A stretch of 64,000 bases of DNA from Candidatus Versatilivorator sp. (GCA_965207735.1 OZ242296.1:5200215-5264214), one strand, 5' to 3'. Shown: positions 1 to 10,462, counted from the stretch's first letter. Notes: generated from the letters alone by a model not told the origin. Made by a program: numbers and translations.

Positions 1-634
1 TGATGGAACGGTGATTGGTGAGCGCCTTCTGCCCATAGCCGTCGTAGTCCATGGTGTAGATTTCCTTGTTGCCGTTGCGGTTCGAGACAAAGGCAATCCG
101 GGTGGAAGCGATCCCTCGAATCCCTCCTCCGATGCGGAGCACGATTTCGTCGGCCAAGCGGTGGGCCAGGGATCGGACGCCCTCTTCATCCGGATCCACC
201 CGGTAGCGGTTTCCGATGATGGACTCCTGGGTGTTCACGTCGATCAAGCGTGCCTCGACCACGAACTGGCCCCGCTGCATATAGGAATTGCCATAGACCA
301 GGTTCTGGGCCTGAACGTCTTCGGCGGTCCATTCCTCGTAATTGACCTCGTAGGGCTGCGAAGGAAGTTTCAGGGGGTAAAAGCTCTTGGGCACCAGCTC
401 GAACACGCCCGCCCGCCGCAGGTCGTTCCACAGCACGTCGTCGAACAGGCGGGTGTGCCCATCCAGCTCCGACTCGGAGCCGCGTCGCTGCATGTCGGCC
501 ACGGCCACGCGGGCCCTGACGCCCTCGGTCACCACCACACGGACCTGGCTGTCGGTCTCCTGGGCGGCGGCCGGCAATGGACCACTGAGGAATGTCATCG
601 ACAGCAGGCAGACAGGTGTGAGGAGTTTGGTCAT
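1..634 (-). CDS. tolB: Tol-Pal beta-propeller protein TolB (partial, runs off window start)
   Basis: Manual translation from ATG at 634: MTKLLTPVCLLSMTFLSGPLPAAAQET...RIAFVSNRNGNKEIYTMDYDG; signal peptide, TolB motifs, downstream of tolQ-tolR-tolA. Confidence 0.9.
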   Translation of the reverse strand, partial: MTKLLTPVCLLSMTFLSGPLPAAAQETDSQVRVVVTEGVRARVAVADMQRRGSESELDGHTRLFDDVLWNDLRRAGVFELVPKSFYPLKLPSQPYEVNYEEWTAEDVQAQNLVYGNSYMQRGQFVVEARLIDVNTQESIIGNRYRVDPDEEGVRSLAHRLADEIVLRIGGGIRGIASTRIAFVSNRNGNKEIYTMDYDGYGQKALTNHRSI

Positions 635-653
635 GGGTTTTCGTTTTCTTCGG

Positions 654-1457
654 TTATCGGGAATGCTCGAACCAGAATTCAGCCACCAACCGGGTCTCTC
701 CCCCGGGAAGGGGAGGGAATCGGGAGGCCTTGATGGCTCTCAGTCCGGAACGGTCCAACGACGGGACCCCGCTGGATTGCTTGATGGTTTCCCCGGCAAT
801 GGAACCGTTCCGGCGGATGGTGAATTGAACCACCACCCGCTTGGCCGTGCGCACGTTGGGACTGACCAGGTTTTTCTGCCAGTTGCTACTGACGATGTCG
901 CGAATCTGCCTCACGTACCAGCCATACTTCTTGCCGAAAAACCCGTCGCCCAACCCGATGCCACCGGACCCCATGCCGGTTTGAAACTGGGAATAGGAGA
1001 GGTCGGGAGCGCCGCCCTCGCCAAAGGGAACTCTGTCGGAAGGAGGGATCTGGGCGACCTGTTTGGGAGCCCGCCGCCGGGGGCGCGGCCGCTTCCTGGC
1101 CCTGCGCTTCTTCTTGACCTCGAAGGCCTTGGGGTCGGGGACCTCCGGCTCGGCTTCAGCCGCCTTGGTCTCTTCGGTCTGACCGAGACCCTTGGATTCG
1201 GTGGCGATGTTGCTGGCGGTGGTCTGCTTGGGACGCGGCAGGTTCAGTCCACGAACGGTCGCCCCCTGCACCAGGCCGACCGAAATGGATCCGCCACCGC
1301 CCTGACTGTCGCCCCAGGGGTCGGCGCTTGGGTTGAGGTAGGAGGGCAGGAGGAAAAAACTCACCCCCACCAGCAGATGGCTGACCACTGACAGGTAGAG
1401 ATATCCTCCCAGTCTTTCCTTCTGAATTTCAAAAATGGAGTGTCGTTGGACCGGCAT
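654..1457 (-). CDS. tolA: TolA/TonB C-terminal domain protein
   Basis: N-terminal TM, Lys/Pro-rich linker, C-terminal 'VVVQFTIRRNGSI...SSGVPSLDRSGLRAI'; between tolR and tolB; start uncertain (1457 or 1499). Confidence 0.75.
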   Translation of the reverse strand: MPVQRHSIFEIQKERLGGYLYLSVVSHLLVGVSFFLLPSYLNPSADPWGDSQGGGGSISVGLVQGATVRGLNLPRPKQTTASNIATESKGLGQTEETKAAEAEPEVPDPKAFEVKKKRRARKRPRPRRRAPKQVAQIPPSDRVPFGEGGAPDLSYSQFQTGMGSGGIGLGDGFFGKKYGWYVRQIRDIVSSNWQKNLVSPNVRTAKRVVVQFTIRRNGSIAGETIKQSSGVPSLDRSGLRAIKASRFPPLPGGETRLVAEFWFEHSR

Positions 1458-1465
1458 CGGAGATT

Positions 1466-1895
1466 GGCCCCCCCCGTCCCCGGCCACGGGACGAATCATA
1501 CAGGGTGAAACATAGGCGTATCAGACAAGTCCGGCCCCCGCCCTGGTGTGCGGATCATACATAGAGTGAAACAATCAGAAATCGATCAACCCTTCGCGAA
1601 CTTGGTACCCCGTCGCGGCAAACCTCAGCGCCTTAGTGCCCCTTCGTCGTTCTTCGTGTCCCTTCGTGGATAAGTCTTTTTCTTTTGTCTTTTTTCTTTT
1701 GTTTCAGGCAAGCCGCGCCCCTGCCCTGCCGTGCAGATCATACGAGAGTGAAACAATCAGAAATCGACCAATCCCTTCGCGACCTTGGTATCCCGTTACG
1801 GTTCACCTCAACGCCTTAGTGTCCCTTCGTCGTCCTTCGTGGCCCTTCGTGGATCACTCTTTTCCGTTTGTCTTTTTTCGGTTGTTTCAGACAAG
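1466..1895 (+). repeat. Repeat family R1 array: one degenerate short unit plus two 183-bp long units
   Basis: TCAG(A/G)CAAG boundaries at 1521, 1704, 1887 (period 183); homologous to copies at 12.7, 36.8-37.3 and 45.6/48.4 kb. Confidence 0.9.
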
Positions 1896-1933
1896 ACAAG
1901 TCACGCCGGCCGGCGTGGGCAAAAGGGTCGTGG

Positions 1934-2344
1934 CTACTGTTCCGGCTGGGTGACCACGTTGATATTCTTCACGCCGGCAAGTCTGGCTCGGTCCATGACC
2001 CGGGCGATGGTCCCGAACGGCACTTCCTCGTCGGCGCGCAAATAGATCATGGCGGTTTCCGGGTCCTTGATCCGGGCCTGCAGGCGAACTCCCAAATCGT
2101 TGATGTTGATGGGATCGGAGCCCACGAAGAGCCGCTGTTCCCGGTTGATGCTGACCACCAGCAGTTCCTTGGTCAATTCGCTGACCGTCTTGGTCTTGGG
2201 GACGCTGACCTCGATTCCGGACTGAATGATGGGCGCGGTCAGCATGAAGATGATGAGCAGGACCAGGACCACGTCCACCAGGGGAACCACGTTGATCTCG
2301 GAAAGCGACGTCTGGGTTCTCCCTTGCGGGTTGGTGAATGCCAT
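1934..2344 (-). CDS. tolR: Biopolymer transport protein TolR/ExbD
   Basis: SEINVVPLVDVVLVLLIIFMLTAP motif. Confidence 0.9.
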   Translation of the reverse strand: MAFTNPQGRTQTSLSEINVVPLVDVVLVLLIIFMLTAPIIQSGIEVSVPKTKTVSELTKELLVVSINREQRLFVGSDPININDLGVRLQARIKDPETAMIYLRADEEVPFGTIARVMDRARLAGVKNINVVTQPEQ

Positions 2345-2414
2345 TGTTTCACCTTTCTGCCGCGCCTGGACGACGGACCTCGGGAGCGGGTAGCGGATCG
2401 TCCCGGCTGCCGGG

Positions 2415-3140
2415 TTACAGGAAGGTCCGCTCCATCAGATTCAGGAACTCCAGAGAGAAGTCGTCCATGGCGGAGCCGAACTCCTTGAGGTGGTGGACGA
2501 AATAGTTGTAGGCGATCACCGCCGGAATGGCTGCAAAAAGACCGGCCGCGGTCGCGATGAGAGCCTCCGAGATGCCGGGGGCTACGGCGCGGATGGTGGC
2601 CGCCCCCTCCATGCCCAGGCCGGCAAAGGCGTCGATGACGCCCAGCACCGTTCCGAACAGCCCGATAAAGGGGGCCACCGAGGCCGTGGTGGCCAACCAG
2701 CTCATATTGCGCTCCAGCTTGGTCAGTTGCACCGAGGAGGCTCGGGACAGCGCCCTTTGAATGACGTTGATGGTCTTGAGCGTTGGAGACGGGGCGGGGC
2801 GGCCACCGTCGGGTTGGCTCATCAACTGGGCTTCCAGTTCCTCGTAGCCGGCCAGAAAGACCTCGACCAGGGGAGTGTTCCTCAGGGATTCGCAAGCCGC
2901 GCTGATTTCGGAAAAGCGCTTACTCTTCCGAAAGATACGCAGAAAGGCTTCCGAGTCGGTGCGCAGCTTCCTTAAATAGAAGTATTTCTTGAAGGTGATC
3001 GCCCAGGAAAATATCGAGAAGAATACCAGGACCAGCAGGACGCCCTTGGCCAGGGGACCAGACTGAAGGATCAACTTCAACAAGTCCATCTCGGCTCCCT
3101 GCGCAAGCACAGGGAGCAGACCGCCCGGATCTATCGTCAA
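2415..3140 (-). CDS. tolQ: TolQ/ExbB proton channel protein
   Basis: APFIGLFGTVLG and VAPGISEALIATAAGLFAAIPA motifs. Confidence 0.92.
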   Translation of the reverse strand: MTIDPGGLLPVLAQGAEMDLLKLILQSGPLAKGVLLVLVFFSIFSWAITFKKYFYLRKLRTDSEAFLRIFRKSKRFSEISAACESLRNTPLVEVFLAGYEELEAQLMSQPDGGRPAPSPTLKTINVIQRALSRASSVQLTKLERNMSWLATTASVAPFIGLFGTVLGVIDAFAGLGMEGAATIRAVAPGISEALIATAAGLFAAIPAVIAYNYFVHHLKEFGSAMDDFSLEFLNLMERTFL

Positions 3141-3387
3141 ACAAGTCCCCCAGCGTTTTCCTGGACAGCCGGAATGAACTTCGTCCCAACCGTGTTGTGG
3201 CGGAAGTTACCATAGACCTCTCAGGGTCGTCAACCGTGCTCCGGACCCAAATCGAGGACCGCCAGGACGGTGATTTCATGGGTTTGATGACGGGGCCGCC
3301 GGATCGGTCTCCGCCTTGTGAGTTCTATGGTACACTCAGCCCTCCTCAAGCCGATTCCACGATTTCAGACCGGCTCCCGTCCGCCTT

Positions 3388-5088
3388 ATGCTGAAGTTCC
3401 TCGAAATACGCGATTTCGCCTTGGTCGACCATCTCTCCCTGCAGTTCCGGGAGGGATTGAACCTGTTGACGGGGGAGACAGGTTCGGGCAAGTCGATCAT
3501 CGTCGATGCCCTGGGTTTGCTGGCGGGAGCCAAGGCGCGGGTCGAAATGGTTCGTACCGGGTCCGGCAGAGCCTCGGTCTCGGGCTGCTTCGAGGGCGTG
3601 GAGGGGTTGCGCGGCCTGCTGGAGGCGAGCGGGCTCGAGTTCGATCCGGAGGAGGTGATCGTCAGGAGAGAGGTCGTTCCGGATGGCAGGGGACGAGCTT
3701 TCGTCAACAACCGGATGGTCCCGGTTGCCTTCCTGAGGAAGCTGGGGCCCCATTGTGTCGACATTCACGGGCAGAGCGACCAACAGTCCCTGTTCGGTCG
3801 CGATTCCCAGTTGCAGTGGCTCGATCTCTTCGGCGGCCATCGGGTCCCCCTGGCTGAAGTCGGAGGCCTCTTCGCCAGGCTGCAGCAGCGCCGGGAGCAG
3901 CTCCGGAGATTGAAATTGAGCGAGCAGGAGAGGTTGCGAGCTATCGATCTGATGTCGTTTCAGGTCGATGAAATCCGCAAGGCGGAATTGTCCTCCCCCG
4001 ATGAAGAATCTCAGCTTCTGGAGGAGCGACGGCTGCTCTCCAACGCGGACCGTCTGTTCCAGGCCTCTCATCAGGCCCATGCCCACCTCTACGAATCGGA
4101 GGACTCGATAGGCGCCCGGCTCAGGCAGACCGGCCGGCTGCTGGAGGAGTTGGGCTCTTTGGACGCCCGCTGCCAGGGCCTTCAGGAGCAGTTTCAATCG
4201 GCTTGCATCAGCATAGAGGATGTCTCGCTGGCGTTGCGGGAGTATGCCTCCAGGATCGAGGTGGACCCCGCCCGGTTGGATCGGATCGAGGGGCGTCTGG
4301 TTGAAATCGACCGTCTCAAGCGAAAGTACGGGGAATCGCTTGAGGCGGTCATGGCCTATGGCCAACGGATCGAAGCAGAACTGCAGGAACTGCAGGAAGC
4401 CGACCGCAGGGTCGAGGCTATCGAGAAGGAGCTGCAGGATCTGGAGAGCGACTATCTGAGTCGGGCCGGGTCACTCAGCCTCCGGCGAAAAAAGGCCGCC
4501 GGGAGACTCGAGCGCTCCATGGGCAACGAGTTGGGACAACTGGCCATGGAAAAAACCCGGTTCAGGGTGGCCTTCTCTTCCGTTTCCGGCCGTGGTGGGG
4601 ACGGCTCAACCGGAGCGAGGATCCCGGGGACGGCGCGTGGGACCGACCTCATCGATTTCCTGATCAGCCCCAATCCGGGTGAAGATCTGAAGGTCCTGGC
4701 CAAGATCGCCTCCGGCGGAGAGGTCTCGAGGATCATGTTGGCCTTGAAGACCATTCGTTCCATCGATGATCGGGGGAAAACGCTGGTCTTTGACGAGGTC
4801 GACAGCGGCATCGGTGGTCGGGCTGCCGACGTGGTGGGGCGGAAGCTCAAGGTCCTTTCCAAGGCCAACCAGGTATTGTGCGTGACGCACCTCCCGCAGA
4901 TTGCCTCCTATGCCGACAACCACTTTCACATAGAGAAGAGGGTGGAGAAAGACCGGACTGTGACCCGGGTCGTCCACCTCGACCGGGAGAGCCGCATTCG
5001 AGAAATTGCCCGCATGATCAGCGGGGAACGGGTGACCGACAGTGTCCTGACCCATGCCGCCGAGCTCCTGAAGAGCGCTTCCAACTGA
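3388..5088 (+). CDS. recN: DNA repair protein RecN
   Basis: LTGETGSGKSI Walker A, IASGGEVSRIML, FDEVDSGIGG, VTHLPQIA. Confidence 0.97.
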   Translation: MLKFLEIRDFALVDHLSLQFREGLNLLTGETGSGKSIIVDALGLLAGAKARVEMVRTGSGRASVSGCFEGVEGLRGLLEASGLEFDPEEVIVRREVVPDGRGRAFVNNRMVPVAFLRKLGPHCVDIHGQSDQQSLFGRDSQLQWLDLFGGHRVPLAEVGGLFARLQQRREQLRRLKLSEQERLRAIDLMSFQVDEIRKAELSSPDEESQLLEERRLLSNADRLFQASHQAHAHLYESEDSIGARLRQTGRLLEELGSLDARCQGLQEQFQSACISIEDVSLALREYASRIEVDPARLDRIEGRLVEIDRLKRKYGESLEAVMAYGQRIEAELQELQEADRRVEAIEKELQDLESDYLSRAGSLSLRRKKAAGRLERSMGNELGQLAMEKTRFRVAFSSVSGRGGDGSTGARIPGTARGTDLIDFLISPNPGEDLKVLAKIASGGEVSRIMLALKTIRSIDDRGKTLVFDEVDSGIGGRAADVVGRKLKVLSKANQVLCVTHLPQIASYADNHFHIEKRVEKDRTVTRVVHLDRESRIREIARMISGERVTDSVLTHAAELLKSASN

Positions 5089-5290
5089 GAAGAGACACGG
5101 GTATGCCTTTGGTGGATTACTCGTTTTGAGAATCCACGTTTTCTGCCTAGGGTTAAGGCTCGACTTTGCCGGCGGCTTCCTGCATTCTTTAGTGACGGTT
5201 CACGCAAGTTTCCGGCGCGAGCCGACGGATTCCGGTTCCATCGGCTTTCCTGATCCGGCCGGCATGAACGGCCTTCATTCACCGTCGACC

Positions 5291-6616
5291 ATGGTCCAAG
5301 GCAAGAAGTTCTTCATCGAGACATTCGGTTGTCAGATGAATCATCACGACTCCGAGAAGGTCTCCGGCACCCTCGTGAAGATGGGATACGTCCCCACCTC
5401 CAACGCAGCCGAGGCCGATCTGCTGCTGCTCAACACCTGCAATATCCGGGAGAAAGCCAACCAGAAGGTGTTCTCCCGCCTGGGAGCCGTCCGTCAAACC
5501 TATGGAGCTAAGCCTACCGCCAAGATCGGCCTGCTGGGTTGCATGGCGCAGATGGAGGGGAACTCGATCTTCAAGAAGGCGCCCAAGGTAGACCTGGTGG
5601 TCGGGTCCAGCAGTTACTCCTTTCTACCGGACCTGGTTACCAGGCTGGAGCAGGGAGAGCGGAAGGTGATCGACGTTTCCCAGGACAGCGACCGATTGTT
5701 CGAAACCGAGGCCGGAACCCGGGAGAGTCCCTACAAGGCCTTCGTCACCATTATGGAGGGGTGCAACCGCTTTTGCTCCTTCTGCGTCGTTCCCTACACC
5801 CGGGGACCCGAGCGCAGCCGGCCCGGACGACACGTTCTGGCCGAAGTGGAGCGCTTGTCCTCCCAGGGGTTCAGGGAAATCACCCTGCTCGGTCAGACGG
5901 TCAACTCCTGGCGGGACCCTCTGGGAGAGATTGCCTCCTTCACCGACCTGCTGCGTCGAGTGGCGCAAATCGGGGGAATCCGGCGTGTGCGCTTCACCTC
6001 TCCCCATCCGAGCGACTTTCAGCCCGACATCGTCGAGGTGATCGAGTCGGTCCCCGAAGTCTGCAACCAGATTCATCTGCCCTTGCAGTCGGGCTCCACA
6101 CCCGTTCTGCAGCGAATGAAGCGAGACTACACTCGCGAGCAATACCTGGAAAAGGTGGCCTTCCTGCAGCGCTCCAAGAGGGAGATCGCCCTCTCCACCG
6201 ACATCATCGTGGGGTTCCCTGGAGAGACCCAGCAGCAGTTCGAGGAGACGCTCTCGATGGTGGAGATGGTCGGATACGACTCCATGTATTCCTTCAAGTT
6301 CTCTCCCCGTCCGGGGACCGAGGCCTTCGCATTCCAGGATGGGATTCCTGAGGCGGAGAAGAGCCGCCGGCTGCAGGTCCTCCAGCAATTTCAACGCAAG
6401 ATACAACTCGAGAAACATGCCCGTCTGGTGGGAAGACAATTCGAAGTCCTGGTCGACGGAAGCAGCCGGAGGGACAGCCAGGTGCTGGCGGGGCGAACGA
6501 CTCAGAACAAGGTCGTCAACTTCAGCGGCCCTCCCGAATTGCTTGGCCGAATCGTGCCGGTGAGAGTGACTGGCTACGCCCCCAACAGTTTGCAGGGAGA
6601 ATTGGTTCGGTGCTAG
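5291..6616 (+). CDS. miaB: tRNA methylthiotransferase MiaB
   Basis: ETFGCQMN, CNRFCSFC radical SAM motif, TRAM domain. Confidence 0.95.
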   Translation: MVQGKKFFIETFGCQMNHHDSEKVSGTLVKMGYVPTSNAAEADLLLLNTCNIREKANQKVFSRLGAVRQTYGAKPTAKIGLLGCMAQMEGNSIFKKAPKVDLVVGSSSYSFLPDLVTRLEQGERKVIDVSQDSDRLFETEAGTRESPYKAFVTIMEGCNRFCSFCVVPYTRGPERSRPGRHVLAEVERLSSQGFREITLLGQTVNSWRDPLGEIASFTDLLRRVAQIGGIRRVRFTSPHPSDFQPDIVEVIESVPEVCNQIHLPLQSGSTPVLQRMKRDYTREQYLEKVAFLQRSKREIALSTDIIVGFPGETQQQFEETLSMVEMVGYDSMYSFKFSPRPGTEAFAFQDGIPEAEKSRRLQVLQQFQRKIQLEKHARLVGRQFEVLVDGSSRRDSQVLAGRTTQNKVVNFSGPPELLGRIVPVRVTGYAPNSLQGELVRC

Positions 6617-6665
6617 ACTGCATTCGGTGGGTGCAGCAGGGCCCTGGAGACCGAGGAGCTCGAGA

Positions 6666-7151
6666 ATGCAGATTGAAATGAAGATTCGAGGCTTGATGAT
6701 GGATCCGGTCACCAATGTGCCCATCGTGATCCTGAAGGGGGCTGAGGGCAACGCCCTGTTGCCCATTTGGGTTGGCGTTTACGAGGCCAATGCCATTGCC
6801 CTGGAGATCGAAAAAATCTCCAGCCCGAGACCCATGACCCACGATCTGCTGAGAAACGTCCTGAACGGTTTGAGCTGTTCGGTGATGAAGGTGGTGGTGA
6901 ACCAGCTCAAGGACGATACCTTCTATGCCATCATCTGGCTGGAACGGGAAGGCCGCCTGATCTCGATCGACTCTCGCCCCAGCGACGCCCTGGCTCTGGC
7001 GCTGCGCACGGATTCTCCGATTTTCGTTGAGGAAGAGGTCATCAAGACCTCCAAGGCAGCCTCGGCCGACAAGGAGAAGTCGGGCGACGAGGAACTGAAG
7101 CGTTGGCTGGAGAATCTGAATGACGAGGACCTGGGCAAATACAAGATGTAG
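6666..7151 (+). CDS. Bifunctional nuclease family protein (DUF151)
   Basis: LPIWVGVYEANAIA, RPMTHDL, IDSRPSDALALA motifs. Confidence 0.92.
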   Translation: MQIEMKIRGLMMDPVTNVPIVILKGAEGNALLPIWVGVYEANAIALEIEKISSPRPMTHDLLRNVLNGLSCSVMKVVVNQLKDDTFYAIIWLEREGRLISIDSRPSDALALALRTDSPIFVEEEVIKTSKAASADKEKSGDEELKRWLENLNDEDLGKYKM

Positions 7152-7260
7152 CCCGATTATCTTGCGCTGGTTGGCGTCAGGACTATAATGGAGGACGTTT
7201 CCCAGAAGAATCCTGACCGATTCGGCGCAAACTCGCGCCGGGGTTTTTGAGGAGGAAGCC

Positions 7261-7890
7261 ATGAGACGATTACTCTCGGGCCTCTGTCGGTTCTGCGGCC
7301 GGATGGTTTTGGCGGCGGGCCTGTGCGTGCTGGTGGCCGGCTTGGTGGATGGACCTCACTCACCGCTTTCCGCCAACCAAAAGAAGTCAGCGGGCAAGTC
7401 CAAGAAGAAGGGCAAGAAAAACCGGCAGCCGGTGGAAGAGGCTGCGCCGGAGCCGGCGGTGGAGCAGGCCGATGTGCCCAAGCCGCCCCAGAATGACTTT
7501 ACCGTTCAGGTTTACGACAAGATGGACGAAGCCGATCTGCAGACGGAGACGTTCACGGACCAGTATGAAATCGACCAGGTCAGCCAGGATGTGGAGGTGG
7601 TGATCACCTATTACAACTGGTCCCTTGGCAAGAAGGACTACTGGAATCGGCAGATCAGCGTCGACACCAAGTCGCCTTCGGGAGTCATCGTCGAACACAT
7701 CACCAAGAGCGGTTTTGGGGATTTGGGCTATGTGCCGGAAGGCAAAACCGTCACTACGGACGTCTATCGCAAGGAACAGGTGGTCGTCCGGGGGGACGTC
7801 GCCACCGCCCGGATGGTCGACAAGGAGATCGGAACCGAGGAGCAGGAACGATTCAAGTACCTGATGACCAAGTTCGTTCTGGACAAGTGA
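7261..7890 (+). CDS. Hypothetical exported protein
   Basis: AGGAGG-like RBS, hydrophobic N-terminus, GC3-biased codons. Confidence 0.7.
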   Translation: MRRLLSGLCRFCGRMVLAAGLCVLVAGLVDGPHSPLSANQKKSAGKSKKKGKKNRQPVEEAAPEPAVEQADVPKPPQNDFTVQVYDKMDEADLQTETFTDQYEIDQVSQDVEVVITYYNWSLGKKDYWNRQISVDTKSPSGVIVEHITKSGFGDLGYVPEGKTVTTDVYRKEQVVVRGDVATARMVDKEIGTEEQERFKYLMTKFVLDK

Positions 7891-7935
7891 TCCCAACCTG
7901 AGAACCTCCGTCTGCCGTTGCTCTCCGATGTACCC

Positions 7936-9099
7936 ATGAAATATTCCTCCGCAAGGAGGATGCTTCTGCTTGTCCCGTTGCTGGTCCTGGCCATGCCGGT
8001 CCAGCTTCAGGCCAAGAAGCTCTTCCAAAAAGCGGCCAAGAGGCAGTTGAAGCTCTACCTGGTGGAGATCTGCGATTGGATCGAGACCCAGGGCGCCGAG
8101 GAGTCCGAGTCCGCCGCCGGGACTTCGGCCGCTTCCATTCGGGCCCTGCTGGCCGGCTACGATCTGGCCGGAAGGCAAAAACGCTACCTGAATGCAGCCT
8201 TGGAGTGGAGCGATCGGCTGATTGCGCAGCAGCAGCCGGTGCAGACAGCATCCGGCAAGCCGGGGGCATTGTGGGTCGGCCGGAATGACGGCCTGCCCTT
8301 GAACTCGGCGGATTCCTGCCTGGCGGCGACTGCCCTGGCCCGGACCCATGTCTACGCGGACAAGTCCCGGAAGCGAACCTATCGCGAGGCTCTGGAACGG
8401 TACGCCCGGGTCCTGGTCGACGGTTACCGAGGGGTTGAGGCCAGGAAGGGTTGGGAGGGATCGAGTGGCTGGGTCATCGCCGGAGGCGAGGACGCGGGCG
8501 CCATCGCCATGGGAACTCTGGACGGCCGGCTCTCAGACCGACCTTCCACGGCTTCCACGGCGGCCGGCGGCCTGTTTTTTTCTCAGCTCTACGAGATCAC
8601 CGAGAATCCGGAATACCGGCGCCTGGCGGCCGAGGCGGTGCGTTGGCTGATCCGCAGCCGGAGGCCCAATGGGCAGATCCCCTCCATCCTGGACGGAACC
8701 GTCTCTTTGAAGGGCTCCCTGGGGGTCATCCCCTATTGGGCCGAGGCGGTTCAAGCCGCATTCTACCTGTTGGACGATCGGGATCTGACCGGTTGGATGC
8801 TGGTGGAGTTGGATCTCACCGTCCGCTGGCTGCTGAGGATCCGAAGCGAGCAGGGACTGTGGGGCGAAGGAGCCGAGCAAAGGGTCACCACCAGTGTCGC
8901 CACCCTGCTGGCCTGGTTCTACCTGAACGCCGATTCGGACGAATCCATCCCGCCCACCCTCAATCCGCCCTGGAAGCTCTGGCTGAATCCGGTTCACGCG
9001 CAGTCGTTCGGCGTGATGGTAGATGAGCCCGTCTCGGGCCTGGTGGGGATGACCGCGGCCGAGATGATCAAGCCGGGAATCACCTTCAGAAAAAAATAA
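7936..9099 (+). CDS. Hypothetical secreted protein, possibly (alpha/alpha) toroid fold
   Basis: Signal peptide; helical repeats such as 'LYEITENPEYRRLAAEAVRWL'. Confidence 0.65.
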   Translation: MKYSSARRMLLLVPLLVLAMPVQLQAKKLFQKAAKRQLKLYLVEICDWIETQGAEESESAAGTSAASIRALLAGYDLAGRQKRYLNAALEWSDRLIAQQQPVQTASGKPGALWVGRNDGLPLNSADSCLAATALARTHVYADKSRKRTYREALERYARVLVDGYRGVEARKGWEGSSGWVIAGGEDAGAIAMGTLDGRLSDRPSTASTAAGGLFFSQLYEITENPEYRRLAAEAVRWLIRSRRPNGQIPSILDGTVSLKGSLGVIPYWAEAVQAAFYLLDDRDLTGWMLVELDLTVRWLLRIRSEQGLWGEGAEQRVTTSVATLLAWFYLNADSDESIPPTLNPPWKLWLNPVHAQSFGVMVDEPVSGLVGMTAAEMIKPGITFRKK

Positions 9100-9108
9100 G
9101 GCAAGCGG

Positions 9109-10374
9109 CTATCGCTCCGGTAGCTCCACCGCTCTGAGGTTTCGAAAGTCCAGGTTGGTTGTGGGGTCGTGGGCTTGCAGGCTAAAAGTGCCTCCCTCCA
9201 GTCGGGCTTCCTTCCTGGCGTTCTTTCCTTCGGCGCGACCGTCCACGAAGTCGCTGACCGGATAGCCGTTCACCCATACCGCGATGTGGCGGCCCTTGGC
9301 CGTGATCGTCTTGGTGAAGAACTCACCGTCATTTGGAATGACTCGCCGGGCGGGATGGTAGAAATAGAGGCCGCCCGTGCCGAAATCCACCGGCTTGGTG
9401 CGATCGCCGCTTTCGAACTGGTTTCGAATCTGGGACTCGTAGCCTGTCCAGAATCCCCCCGAGTCACCGCGAAAAAAGACGCCGCTATTGGGATGGGTGT
9501 CGGCGTCCGGCGCATTGGTCCGGATGTCGAGCTGGAATACGAAGTCCTTGAAGGTCTTTTCCGTTTCAAGTTGCCCCGCTCCCTTTTCCACGTGCATCAG
9601 TCCCTCTTTGACCGACCAATGGTGCGGCATCGGCTTGTTTGGCCGGTCCACCTTGCGCCAGCCCTTCAGGCTCTCGCCGTCGAACAGCGGACCCAGGCCC
9701 AGGGGTTTCAGCTTGAGGTTGCGGAATTCTATTTTCTTGCCCTGGTTGTACTGGAGGCCGATGTGCCCCGTCCGGTGGGCCTCGGTTCGGGCATCCAGGA
9801 TCTGCTCGCCATTGAGCCGCACCAGGAAATGGTCGCCTTGAACCGTGATCTCATAGCTTTGCCAGAGGTCCGGGTCGGTGGCCACCGGTTTGGCCTGGAT
9901 GTGGTTGACCAGGCTGCCGGTGGTATAGCTGGCGTGTGAATCGCAAATCTGGAGCTCGTATCCGGTTTGGTGAGGTTCCCCCTCCTTGAGGGACCGCAGA
10001 AAGACTCCGCTGTTGCCGTCGGCGGCAGTGCGATATTCCAGTTTCAGCAGATAGTCGGCGAATTGCGCATTGGTGGCCAACCACCCGGAGTCGCCGGAGG
10101 CAGCCGAGAGGACCCCGTCCTCGATCTGCCATGCAGCGCCTCCCATTGCCTTCCAGCCGAAAGTGGTCTCGCCGTCCCAAAGAAGGATCCAGCCCTGGCT
10201 GACCTCCTCGGGAGTGAGGGTATTGGGCAGGGACCCGGTTTTCGGTGGGGACTCGGTCTGGGGAGGCGAAGTCTGCAGGGCCTCGCAAGCGAGCAGGAAC
10301 AGCGTGCAGAAGCTCAATCCAATGGCGCCCATCCGGGAGCCTGTCCGTCGACTGCTTGCAAGCGGGTGGTTCAA
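9109..10374 (-). CDS. Tandem DUF1080 (3-keto-disaccharide hydrolase-like) lipoprotein
   Basis: Lipobox-like LLAC; two 'LFDG...GW', 'NSGVF', 'GYELQI' domains. Confidence 0.88.
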   Translation of the reverse strand: MNHPLASSRRTGSRMGAIGLSFCTLFLLACEALQTSPPQTESPPKTGSLPNTLTPEEVSQGWILLWDGETTFGWKAMGGAAWQIEDGVLSAASGDSGWLATNAQFADYLLKLEYRTAADGNSGVFLRSLKEGEPHQTGYELQICDSHASYTTGSLVNHIQAKPVATDPDLWQSYEITVQGDHFLVRLNGEQILDARTEAHRTGHIGLQYNQGKKIEFRNLKLKPLGLGPLFDGESLKGWRKVDRPNKPMPHHWSVKEGLMHVEKGAGQLETEKTFKDFVFQLDIRTNAPDADTHPNSGVFFRGDSGGFWTGYESQIRNQFESGDRTKPVDFGTGGLYFYHPARRVIPNDGEFFTKTITAKGRHIAVWVNGYPVSDFVDGRAEGKNARKEARLEGGTFSLQAHDPTTNLDFRNLRAVELPER

Positions 10375-10389
10375 GTTTGACCTCCTGGA

Positions 10390-10429
10390 GTGAGGAATGA
10401 TGAATGATGAGTGAGGAATGATGAATGAG
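10390..10429 (+). repeat. Heptamer short tandem repeat (GAATGAT/GAGTGAG variants)
   Basis: gtgaggaatgatgaatgatgagtgaggaatgatgaatgag. Confidence 0.7.
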
Positions 10430-10441
10430 GCCGTTCCCCTT

Positions 10442-10462
10442 GGGAGCGCGGGCCTCCGGCCC
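10442..10462 (+). repeat. REP-like palindrome GGGAGCGCGGGC.TCC.GCCC (further copies reversed at 14717-14739 and 63314-63336)
   Basis: Three near-identical intergenic copies. Confidence 0.6.

Noticed and set aside
5105-5150. Degenerate R1 fragment (CCTTTGGTGGATTACTCGTTTT)
   Set aside because: Too short and diverged to support.
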